This document shows, piece by piece, positions 27,179 to 35,096 of a DNA stretch of 56,024 bases. Below the pieces are notes generated by a model. The model ran no database searches. It was not told the origin of the DNA and worked only from the letters and a program-made list of their open reading frames with translations. Made by a program: the position numbers and the translations under genes. Position 1 is the first letter of the stretch, and each line of letters opens with the position of its first letter. The stretch is from an uncultured archaeon. GTDB lineage: Archaea > Aenigmatarchaeota > Aenigmatarchaeia > CG10238-14 > SCSR01. The stretch is from contig CAZICS010000004.1 in NCBI GenBank assembly GCA_964537835.1, positions 1-56,024 on the forward strand. Reading direction: 5' to 3'.

Positions 27179-28681
27179 ATGGAAATTGAAACTATTTTGG
27201 AAAAATTGCATGAATATGAGAAAAGGGTTATCAAGTCTCTTGAAAAATTAAAGGAAGCCACTTCTCAGCAAATTTCTGAAAGAACAGGCTTAAAAAAGGA
27301 TGAGATAGAAAAGGCTAGCTTATGGGCCAAGCTAAAAGGTGCTTTAAGCTTTAGAGAAGAAAGAGAAGAGTTTTTAGAACTAAGCGAAGAAGGAAAGGAA
27401 TACCTAAAAGATGGATTACCAGAAAAGAATTTAATCGAGCTCGTTAGTTCTGGAATAGATTCTATTCAGGAATTGAAGAAAAAATATAAGAGAACTGACA
27501 TTGGAATAATTTGGGCAAAGAAGAATGGTTGGATAACCATAGAGAAAGGTAAGGTTAAGCTAACTAAGACTGGAAAAAAAGTTTTATCGAAAGAAATTGA
27601 GGGAGAAAAATTACTCAAGCAACTTTCAAAAGGAGGAGCTAACCTAAAAGAAATTGGTGTAAGCAAAAAAACGATTGAAGAGTTTTTAAAGAGAGGTTTG
27701 GTTAGAAAAATTGAGGAAAAGAGAAAAATATTTTTCCTGACAGATTTAGGGAAGAGAATAGCGCCTCTAATTAAAATCGAGGAAGAAATAGGACAATTAA
27801 CCCCAGCAATAATTAAATCTAAACAATGGAAGCGGAAAAAGCTTAGGAAATATGATGTTCTATTGCCTGCCCCTAAAATCTATCCGGGAAAAATTCATCC
27901 TTATAGGCAGATAATAGACGAGGTTAGAGAAAAGCTATTGAGTTTGGGTTTTGTAGAAGTTAGAGGACCTTTGGTTGAGCTAAACTTCTGGAATTGTGAT
28001 GCCTTATTCATGCCTAGCGACCATCCAGCAAGAAGCATCCATGACATTTTTAACGTAAAATACCCTAAACATGGAAAAGTTTTGGACAAACAATTGTGGG
28101 AAAGAGTTAAAGCTACGCACGAAAACGGATGGATAACTGGCAGCAAAGGATGGGGAAAATGGGATTTTGAGCTTGCAAGAAGGCTTATACTAAGAAGCCA
28201 TTGCACAGCTGTTTCTGCAAGAACTCTTTACAAGCTTAAGAAAGAGGACTTACCATTTAAAATGTTCGTGATAGATAAAGTTTTTAGGCCAGATGTCATA
28301 GATGCTAAGCATTTTATCGAGTTTGAACATTGTGAAGGTATAGTTGTTGGGGAAGGATTGAATTTAAGGAATTTGATTGCTTATCTGAAAGAAATTGCTT
28401 TGACAGTTGGAGCGAAAAAGATAAGGTTTAAGCCAAGCTATTTCCCCTTTACCGAACCTAGTTTAGAGGGTTTTGCATACTATCCGAAATTTGGGTGGGT
28501 TGAATTCGGTGGGGCAGGAATTTTTAGGCCAGAAGTGACTTTGCCTTTAGGAATAGAAGTTCCTGTGTTAGCATGGGGTATTGGAATCGGAAGGCTAGCT
28601 ATGATTAAACTTAAAGTTGAGGATATTCGCTATCTTTATTCGGATGATTTGGAATGGTTAAGGAATAAAGAGGTAGTTTAA
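27179..28681 (+). CDS. pheS: Phenylalanine--tRNA ligase alpha subunit
   Basis: GKIHPY, FWNCDALFMPSDHPAR, LRSHCT, VFRPD, PSYFPFTEPS, GAGIFRPE. Confidence 0.97.
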   Translation: MEIETILEKLHEYEKRVIKSLEKLKEATSQQISERTGLKKDEIEKASLWAKLKGALSFREEREEFLELSEEGKEYLKDGLPEKNLIELVSSGIDSIQELKKKYKRTDIGIIWAKKNGWITIEKGKVKLTKTGKKVLSKEIEGEKLLKQLSKGGANLKEIGVSKKTIEEFLKRGLVRKIEEKRKIFFLTDLGKRIAPLIKIEEEIGQLTPAIIKSKQWKRKKLRKYDVLLPAPKIYPGKIHPYRQIIDEVREKLLSLGFVEVRGPLVELNFWNCDALFMPSDHPARSIHDIFNVKYPKHGKVLDKQLWERVKATHENGWITGSKGWGKWDFELARRLILRSHCTAVSARTLYKLKKEDLPFKMFVIDKVFRPDVIDAKHFIEFEHCEGIVVGEGLNLRNLIAYLKEIALTVGAKKIRFKPSYFPFTEPSLEGFAYYPKFGWVEFGGAGIFRPEVTLPLGIEVPVLAWGIGIGRLAMIKLKVEDIRYLYSDDLEWLRNKEVV

Positions 28682-30349
28682 ATGCCGACTCTAAGCTACG
28701 ATAAAAAGGATTTGGTAAGCTTGGTAGGAAAAAAACTTAGCGATGAGGAATTGGAAGAAATAATAAACTTGATTAAGCCGCAGGTTGAAGAAATAGGTAA
28801 GGATGAGATAAGGATTGAACATTGCGCTGACAGGCCTGACCTATTCGGGATAGAAGGTTTGGCAAGGACTATTAGAAGCTACTTAGGAATTGAAAAAGGT
28901 TTGAAGAAGTTTCTGGTTGAGGGCGCAAGAATAAGCGTGAAAGTTGAGCCTGTAAAAATCAGGCCCTACATAGCTTGTGCTATCATAAGAAACTTTAAGC
29001 TTACTAGCGAGACAATCAAAAGTTTAATGAACATTCAAGAAGTTTTGCATGAAACTTTGGGAAGGAAAAGAGAAAAGGTTGCGATAGGGATTCATGATTT
29101 GGACAAGATTGAGCCACCAATAAAGTATACAGCTGTTAGTAGAAGCGAGAAGTTTATTCCTTTGGGTTGCAAAGTTGAAATGAGTTTAGAAGAAGTCTTA
29201 GAAAAGACCGAGAAGGGGAGGAAATACGGGTATATAATTAAAGATAGCAAACTTTGGCCTGTTTATATAGATTCTGAAGGAATTTTCAGCTTCCCTCCTA
29301 TAATAAATTCGGATAGGACAAGAGTTACGGAAAAAACTCGAAATCTTTTTGTAGAAGTTACAGGAATAGAAAAGAAGGCATTGCTCCAAACCTTGAATAT
29401 CTTAGTGACAAACTTTGCTGAAAGAAAATGTAAGATAGAGGCTGTAAAAATTAAATATCCAGGAAAGACTGAAGTTATTCCAGAATTGAAAGAAGAGGTA
29501 ATTCAGGTTGATCCTAAAAAAGTTAACGAATTAATTGGATTGAATTTGAGCGTAAGCGAAATGATCGAATTGCTTGAAAGGATGGGCTATGATGCTACTC
29601 TAATTAAAGGAAAATTGCAAGTTATAATCCCTTGCTATAGAGTCGATATTTTGCATGCAGTCGATATAATAGAAGATGTGGCAATAGCCTATGGCTATAA
29701 TAATTTGATTCCTGAATTTGCTAATGTAGCAACTACTGGTAAACCTTTAGCTCTAGAGAAATTATGCGCTAAAGTTAGGCAGCTGATGATAGGCTTCGGC
29801 TTTCAAGAGATTTTAAGACCGGTTTTAACCAATCCTAGAGACCATTTTGAGCGAATGAATTTGGAAGCTAGCGAAATAATTGAGATAGAAAATTTTGTTT
29901 CGGAAGAGTATACTTGCTTGAGAAAGTGGCTAATTCCAAGCTTGTTAAAAGTTTTAGCAGCTAATAAGCATGTTGAATATCCTCAAAAGTTGTTTGAAAT
30001 TGGAGATGTAGTAATTCCTGATAAAAAAGAGGAGACTATGAGTAAGAACCTAAGGAAGCTTGCTTGTGTGATCAGCCATTCAAAAGCCAGTTTTTCTGAG
30101 ATTAAATCTGTAGTTGAAAGTTTTCTCAGGAATTTAGGTGTTGATTATAGGATTAAAGAGTTTAGGCACCCTTCCTTTATCGAAGGAAGGGTTGCAAAGG
30201 TTGTTGTGAATAGAAAGGAAATAGGATTTTTCGGGGAAATTTCTCCTTTAGTTTTAGAAAGATGGGAACTGGAAATGCCTGTTAGCGCTTTTGAAATTAA
30301 CCTAGAAGAAATAGAAAGTTTAAAATCACCTAATCATCCAGTTTACTAA
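28682..30349 (+). CDS. pheT: Phenylalanine--tRNA ligase beta subunit
   Basis: DRPDL, IRPYIACA, SFPPIINS, YRVDILHAVDIIEDVAIAYGY, YPQKLFEIG. Confidence 0.97.
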   Translation: MPTLSYDKKDLVSLVGKKLSDEELEEIINLIKPQVEEIGKDEIRIEHCADRPDLFGIEGLARTIRSYLGIEKGLKKFLVEGARISVKVEPVKIRPYIACAIIRNFKLTSETIKSLMNIQEVLHETLGRKREKVAIGIHDLDKIEPPIKYTAVSRSEKFIPLGCKVEMSLEEVLEKTEKGRKYGYIIKDSKLWPVYIDSEGIFSFPPIINSDRTRVTEKTRNLFVEVTGIEKKALLQTLNILVTNFAERKCKIEAVKIKYPGKTEVIPELKEEVIQVDPKKVNELIGLNLSVSEMIELLERMGYDATLIKGKLQVIIPCYRVDILHAVDIIEDVAIAYGYNNLIPEFANVATTGKPLALEKLCAKVRQLMIGFGFQEILRPVLTNPRDHFERMNLEASEIIEIENFVSEEYTCLRKWLIPSLLKVLAANKHVEYPQKLFEIGDVVIPDKKEETMSKNLRKLACVISHSKASFSEIKSVVESFLRNLGVDYRIKEFRHPSFIEGRVAKVVVNRKEIGFFGEISPLVLERWELEMPVSAFEINLEEIESLKSPNHPVY

Positions 30350-31102
30350 TCTTTCAATCAAATTAAAAGCAGGTTTTCTTGGCTTGTACTTAAATGGAAT
30401 TCCAGCTAAATTATGAGCCAATCTTCTAATTTCAACGGCTGCTGGAGAATCTGGGAAAACATCAAGCAAAGGTCTTTTCATAGCAATACTCTTTGGTATA
30501 TTTTTATCCTCAGGTATTTCAACCAAAACAGGAAATCCTAGAATATTTTCCACTTCGCTTTTACTCAATTCGTAGGATTTCCTTCCAACCCTATTCAAGA
30601 TTACTCCAATGACTTGCTTATGGATTGATTCGGCAACTTTTAAAACTTTGAGGGCGTCGACTAAACTTGGCATGGTAGGATTTGTAACTACTAAAATTTC
30701 TTGGGTTGAAGAAAGGGAAGAGGCTGCTTCCCTTCCCAAACCAGGAGCAGAATCTAGAAGGATATAATCTGCTTTTCCTAGAAGGCTTAGAATAATTTCC
30801 GGTAGCTTGCCCACATCAACACCTTGCAGGTCGTTTACGTTTAAGCTTCCTGGCAAAACTTTAAAGCCAAAAGGATGAGGATAAAGTGCATTCTTAAGGT
30901 TTGAGCTTCCTTTAAGTACATCATGCAAAGTTATGGGAACGAATTGTAAGCCTAGATGCAAGCCCAAGTGGGGGGTTGTTAAGTTTGCATCTATGGCAAC
31001 TACTTCTTCCCCAAGCTCAGCCAAAGCATAAGCAAGGTTTGCAGTCAAAGTTGTTTTGCCAACGCCTCCTTTTCCAGAAACCAAGTTAATTATTCTCGTC
31101 AT
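30326..31102 (-). CDS. minD: MinD-family ATPase
   Basis: VSGKGGVGKTT, IDANLTTPHLG, LDSAPGLGREA, VILNRV, IPED. Confidence 0.9.
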   Translation of the reverse strand: MTRIINLVSGKGGVGKTTLTANLAYALAELGEEVVAIDANLTTPHLGLHLGLQFVPITLHDVLKGSSNLKNALYPHPFGFKVLPGSLNVNDLQGVDVGKLPEIILSLLGKADYILLDSAPGLGREAASSLSSTQEILVVTNPTMPSLVDALKVLKVAESIHKQVIGVILNRVGRKSYELSKSEVENILGFPVLVEIPEDKNIPKSIAMKRPLLDVFPDSPAAVEIRRLAHNLAGIPFKYKPRKPAFNLIERLVNWMIR

Positions 31103-31135
31103 CAAATAATATTTGGATTTTAAGTATAAAATTGC

Positions 31136-31456
31136 TTATTCGATGAATTCAAAGAGAGGTTTATAATCGTGGTCTGAAAGTCCTAAGACTAATTTGCTTA
31201 TTCTTTTTTTCTTTCCAGGCTGGATAGAAATTTCGATAGTGCCTATTCCACCATAGACTAGCCTAAGATTTTTATTGTATTTTTTAAGAATCTCTACCAC
31301 ATCGACAACCTTTTTCGTCACACTCCCTGTTCCAGCCAGATAAGTTATACCATCTACTGAAATTTTATAGAGAGCATGCTGTACATATGACATCAGTTTA
31401 CCTTCTCTGGTTATCCTGATTATCTTTTCATTTTCAGGTCTTAGTTCGTTCGACAT
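31136..31456 (-). CDS. Divergent Alba-fold nucleic-acid-binding protein
   Basis: IRITREGKLMSYVQHAL...YLAGTGSVTKKVVDVVEILKK...RISKLVLGL follows the Alba/Rpp25 pattern. Confidence 0.65.
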   Translation of the reverse strand: MSNELRPENEKIIRITREGKLMSYVQHALYKISVDGITYLAGTGSVTKKVVDVVEILKKYNKNLRLVYGGIGTIEISIQPGKKKRISKLVLGLSDHDYKPLFEFIE

Positions 31457-31506
31457 GATTAAAATAAGGTAGTTAAGAATTTAATTTTCGAGAATTAAGC
31501 AAAAGT

Positions 31507-31514
31507 TTTATAAA
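31507..31514 (+). promoter_or_regulatory. TATA box of rnpB (TTTATAAA, preceded by A-rich BRE)
   Basis: Starts 29 nt upstream of the predicted RNA 5' end at 31536. Confidence 0.65.
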
Positions 31515-31535
31515 TCATTAAGCTATTAATCTTTT

Positions 31536-31792
31536 AGGCGAGCCGGCAGGGTAGCTTCGCCCTTGCCTCAAAGCAAGGGTGAGGAAGTTCCCTCCATCGA
31601 AGGTGTTGCGAAAGCAACAGGCTGAGAAGCCTCCGTCAGGATCAGAAACGTAACCTCTTAGTCTCGCTAACGATGATAAACTGAGTTGAGGCTAAGAGGA
31701 TGAAACGGCCTGACGGGCCTGATGAGATGCAAGCTTTAGGCGCTTAGACAAATGCTACCTCAAACAAAAGAGGGGCTACTGCCGGCACGCCT
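31536..31792 (+). ncRNA. rnpB: RNase P RNA (reduced, ~257 nt)
   Basis: P1 AGGCGAGCCGGCAG/CTGCCGGCACGCCT, P2 GGTAGC/GCTACC, P3 CCTTGC/GCAAGG, GAGGAAGTTCCCTC with AAACAAAAGAGGGGCTA (P4 pseudoknot), ATCAGAAAC and GATGAAAC loops, TGCAAGC, AGACAAATG. Confidence 0.93.
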
Positions 31793-31830
31793 TTAATTTC
31801 TTTTAAAAAAATTAATTATTAGGTGAAAGA

Positions 31831-32277
31831 TTGGATCTAACCCTATTCGTACTCGTTTCGCTCTCAACTATCACAGGCCTAATAGGAACAGTTTTTGGTC
31901 TTTTTTTGCTCTACCTTTCTTTAAAGATAAGGACAGAATTTAGAGAGGTTTTAAGGTATGAGATTGATAGATATAGGAAACTTTATCAATTCATTAGAGA
32001 GAGAGGACAAGTTTCTGTAGTAGATGTGGTAAGAAAAATGGAAGGAATACCTGTAAATCATCCAGAATTTCCTGTTAAGCAAATGCAGTGGGAGAAGTTT
32101 TTGAAAGAAAGAGTTAGAGGAGAGTTAAAAACTTTGAATTTTTCGAATGGATTTTATTCCCTCTCTGATGAGGTTAAAAAGTTTTTTGTTTATGATGACC
32201 CAAGCGTTGGAGATTTGTTAAGGTATATTTACTTGAAGTACATAAAGAGAGGGGTTTTATTTAAACTTGAGGTTTAG
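31831..32277 (+). CDS. Hypothetical protein with N-terminal membrane anchor
   Basis: TTG start 4 nt after AGGTGA; one N-terminal hydrophobic helix; no family recognised. Confidence 0.65.
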   Translation: MDLTLFVLVSLSTITGLIGTVFGLFLLYLSLKIRTEFREVLRYEIDRYRKLYQFIRERGQVSVVDVVRKMEGIPVNHPEFPVKQMQWEKFLKERVRGELKTLNFSNGFYSLSDEVKKFFVYDDPSVGDLLRYIYLKYIKRGVLFKLEV

Positions 32278-32778
32278 GCTCAGCAAAGCTAAAATAGTTT
32301 TCCCGTCTTTTATCTTTCTTTCAGCTATTAGCTTAATCGCATCCTTTATTTTAAATCTTTTGACTCTTGGGATAATCTCTTTTTCGTCTAACTTCTGCTC
32401 GCTTTTCTTAAGCTTAGAAGCGATGAAAACATGAATTATCTCGCTAGAATAGCCAGGAGTTGAATAAAAAGAGAATAATTTCTTGAGCTTTCCTGCTCTA
32501 AATCCTGTCTCTTCTTCTAGCTCCCGAACAGCACATTCCTTAATGCTTTCGCCTTCCTTAACTTTCCCAGCAGGTAATTCCCAGATGAATTTCTTAATAG
32601 GGTATCTGTATTGTCTGATTAAAATAATTTCATTTCTCGAGATGAACGGTATTATTACGACTGTTTGCGGATGTTCTATGAAATTAAAAGTTATTTTCCT
32701 TGACCCTTCTTTATAAGTTCCTTGAACGAGCTTCCAGCTTCTAGAAGAAAAAATTGTCTTCTGGGAAAGAAATTTCAT
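32257..32778 (-). CDS. NUDIX hydrolase (ADP-ribose pyrophosphatase-like)
   Basis: IRQYRYP, WELPAG, Nudix box GESIKECAVRELEEETG, STPG, DGKT. Confidence 0.92.
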   Translation of the reverse strand: MKFLSQKTIFSSRSWKLVQGTYKEGSRKITFNFIEHPQTVVIIPFISRNEIILIRQYRYPIKKFIWELPAGKVKEGESIKECAVRELEEETGFRAGKLKKLFSFYSTPGYSSEIIHVFIASKLKKSEQKLDEKEIIPRVKRFKIKDAIKLIAERKIKDGKTILALLSLNLKFK

Positions 32779-32810
32779 GCTTTTATTTTCGTTTAGAAAA
32801 TTTAAAAAGT

Positions 32811-32919
32811 TGGGTTAAGTTCGAGGTTTAGACTTTTTGACTTTCCAGGAAGCTAAGAAAGCTCCTGAAAAAGTTGTAGCCTATAAGGCTACTGAAATCT
32901 AAACTTCCTCCTTAACCCA
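32811..32919. ncRNA. Candidate structured non-coding RNA (three-way junction, family unrecognised)
   Basis: Intergenic nested stems TGGGTTAAG/CTTAACCCA and GAGGTTTAGA/TCTAAACTTC enclosing two hairpins (CAGG-AGCT/AGCT-CCTG and GTAGCCT/AGGCTAC). Confidence 0.55.
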
Positions 32920-32993
32920 TTTATAATTGAGGTTTAGCGCTTAAAAATGTTTCTAAGGGAGATTAATAATTTTAAGTTTAAATTATTAAAATT

Positions 32994-33416
32994 ATGGAAA
33001 AATTTAAGTTTGTTGATATAACAACTGCAGATGTTGCCTTCGAAGCTTATGGAAAGGATTTGAATGAGCTATTCGCTAATTCTGCTCTAGCTATGTTTGA
33101 AGTTATGGTAAATACTCAACAAATTGAGCCAAAAGTTGAGAGAAAAGTTGAGGTAAAAGCAAATGATTTGGAAGGTTTATTGTTCGAGTGGCTTAATGAA
33201 TTGCTTTTTTATTATGGTTCAGAAAATCTTGCTTTCTCTAAGTTTGAAGTTGAAGTTGATGAAAATGAGTTAAAACTAAAGGCAAAATGCTTTGGAGAAG
33301 AGATTAATCCAGAAAAGCATGAAACCAAAACTGAAGTTAAAGCAGCAACCTATCATAACCTAGAAATTAAAAAGGATGACAATAGATGGAAGGCTAGAGT
33401 AATTTTAGATATTTAG
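32994..33416 (+). CDS. Archease (RtcB cofactor)
   Basis: DITTADVAFEAYG, LLFEWLNELL, EVKAATYH, VILDI. Confidence 0.95.
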   Translation: MEKFKFVDITTADVAFEAYGKDLNELFANSALAMFEVMVNTQQIEPKVERKVEVKANDLEGLLFEWLNELLFYYGSENLAFSKFEVEVDENELKLKAKCFGEEINPEKHETKTEVKAATYHNLEIKKDDNRWKARVILDI

Positions 33417-33473
33417 GTTGATAAATTGTTATATATAACAAAGAAAAAATTTTTGAAACTTTAATTTATTATC

Positions 33474-34085
33474 ATGTTAACTCAAAGAAAACTTGCAATA
33501 ATTCTTTCAAGATTAAACGAAAATCCGAATCCAAAGTATAAGTTGGAACAATATTCTATAACCCCAAGCATAGCTTCTTCGATTCTTTTTCTTGCCAAAA
33601 AAGATATAAAAAACAAAATAGTTTATGATTTGGGCTGTGGTTCTGGAAGGTTTGCTATTGGAGCAGCCTTGTTAGGAGCAAAGAAAGTTTTTGGAGTTGA
33701 CATAGATAAAAGAGTTTTGGAAATAGCAAGGCAGAATGCTAAGCTTGTTGAGGAAAAAACTGGAGTAAAAATAACGAGTAAAATTAACTGGGTTTGTTAT
33801 AGAGTTGAAAATTTATATGCAAAAGCAGATACAGTAATCCAATTTCCTCCTATAAGCGGGGTTAGAAAAAATTGGGATATAATCTTTTTGAGAAAAGCCT
33901 TGCAAATTGTTAAGAACGTTTACAGCGTCCATAAGTTTAGCAAAGCTACGAAGGAAAAAATAGAAAAAGTTTGCAAAGAATTTAAGGCAAAAATAAAGCT
34001 TGAGAAAAAGTTTAAGTATAAGCTTCCATGGAAAGAGAAAAGAAAAATTGGCTATGAGCTTTTGTTAGTAGTTGTTAAGCGTTGA
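33474..34085 (+). CDS. METTL5-like SAM-dependent (RNA) methyltransferase
   Basis: KLEQYSITP, VYDLGCGSGRFAIGAALLGA, GVDID, VYSVH; NPPF site reads QFPPI. Confidence 0.8.
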   Translation: MLTQRKLAIILSRLNENPNPKYKLEQYSITPSIASSILFLAKKDIKNKIVYDLGCGSGRFAIGAALLGAKKVFGVDIDKRVLEIARQNAKLVEEKTGVKITSKINWVCYRVENLYAKADTVIQFPPISGVRKNWDIIFLRKALQIVKNVYSVHKFSKATKEKIEKVCKEFKAKIKLEKKFKYKLPWKEKRKIGYELLLVVVKR

Positions 34086-34231
34086 ATCTTTTCATTCATT
34101 TCTTCAATTTCCTTCAAAAACCTTTTTATTACTCTAGGCAAATCTTTTGGCTCTACTCTCAAAATTTCTGCAGCTTTTCTTAAAATTTTATCTTTTTGCT
34201 TTAACTCGTAGAATTCTTTCTTGGTAATCAT
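34052..34231 (-). CDS. Small 59-aa protein resembling the AlaRS C-terminal helical segment
   Basis: Not in ORF track. ATG 4 nt after GAGGTGG, with ATGA overlap to the upstream NUDIX stop; MITKKEFYELKQKDKILEKAAEILRVEPKDLPRVIKRFLKEIEEMNEKIQRLTTTNKSS. Confidence 0.75.
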   Translation of the reverse strand: MITKKEFYELKQKDKILRKAAEILRVEPKDLPRVIKRFLKEIEEMNEKIQRLTTTNKSS

Positions 34232-34635
34232 TTGCCCACCTCATAAATTCTATTTGAAAGATAGTTTTCGATTATTTTCCTGGAAGGCAGAAAAAGATTA
34301 TTTGGTAAATTGTTTAAATCAAACCATTTCCAATCTTTAATTTCCTCTTCTCTATTCGCTGGTTCTCCAAAAAACTTTCCTGCTTTAAATCCAAGAGTTA
34401 CACAATGTTGGTTTTCAAACCTATCATTGCTTAAGGAAATAAACTCTAAATCATCTATATCCAAGCCTGTCTCTTCCTTAACTTCCCTTTTAGCGCAAGC
34501 TTCAAAAGTTTCGCCAAATTCTAGCTTCCCTCCTGGCAGAGACCAAGTATTTTTTCCTGGTTCTTTATTTCTCTTTCCAAGCAAAACTTTTCCATCTTTT
34601 ATTAATAGAACTCCTATTCCAACTATCGGTCTCAT
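34228..34635 (-). CDS. NUDIX hydrolase (MutT/NUDT15-like)
   Basis: RPIVGIGVL, LLGKR, WSLPGGKLEFGETFEACAKREVKEETGL, WKWF. Confidence 0.92.
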   Translation of the reverse strand: MRPIVGIGVLLIKDGKVLLGKRNKEPGKNTWSLPGGKLEFGETFEACAKREVKEETGLDIDDLEFISLSNDRFENQHCVTLGFKAGKFFGEPANREEEIKDWKWFDLNNLPNNLFLPSRKIIENYLSNRIYEVGK

Positions 34636-34670
34636 CAAGTATTTATTTGAATTGATTTAAATTTAAAATT

Positions 34671-35096
34671 GTGAAGATTAAAAAACAATTCATTAGATAT
34701 GCATTAGTTAGCTACCTATCTCTATTCCTTGGTTTAAGTATTTTCTTTTTCTATATACTTGCATGGTGGTACCAAAAAGAGTGGGTAAACACTTTGCTTT
34801 CCAATCCATACTTGCTTCTTACCGCAATCCTTCAATTTCTTTCAAGCTGTATGCTAATCCTAACTGGAACTTCCTTTGCATTTTCGTGGAGATATTTCTC
34901 AAAAAATCCAAAAAGCCTGAGAAAGATAAATGAGTTTCTTAGAAAAGATAGGAAGAAAAAATTCCTGGCAAACCTCTTAGGGCTTCTAATTGTAGGTGTT
35001 CTTTCAATTCCTCTCTATCTTTCTTTCAATCCTTTTCTCTACTTTTCAGCTTTTCTTTTGCTAGCAGCCTTATTCCTCTATTTGCTTCTTCGCTAA
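34671..35096 (+). CDS. Hypothetical multi-pass membrane protein
   Basis: About four hydrophobic segments; GTG start. Confidence 0.55.
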   Translation: MKIKKQFIRYALVSYLSLFLGLSIFFFYILAWWYQKEWVNTLLSNPYLLLTAILQFLSSCMLILTGTSFAFSWRYFSKNPKSLRKINEFLRKDRKKKFLANLLGLLIVGVLSIPLYLSFNPFLYFSAFLLLAALFLYLLLR

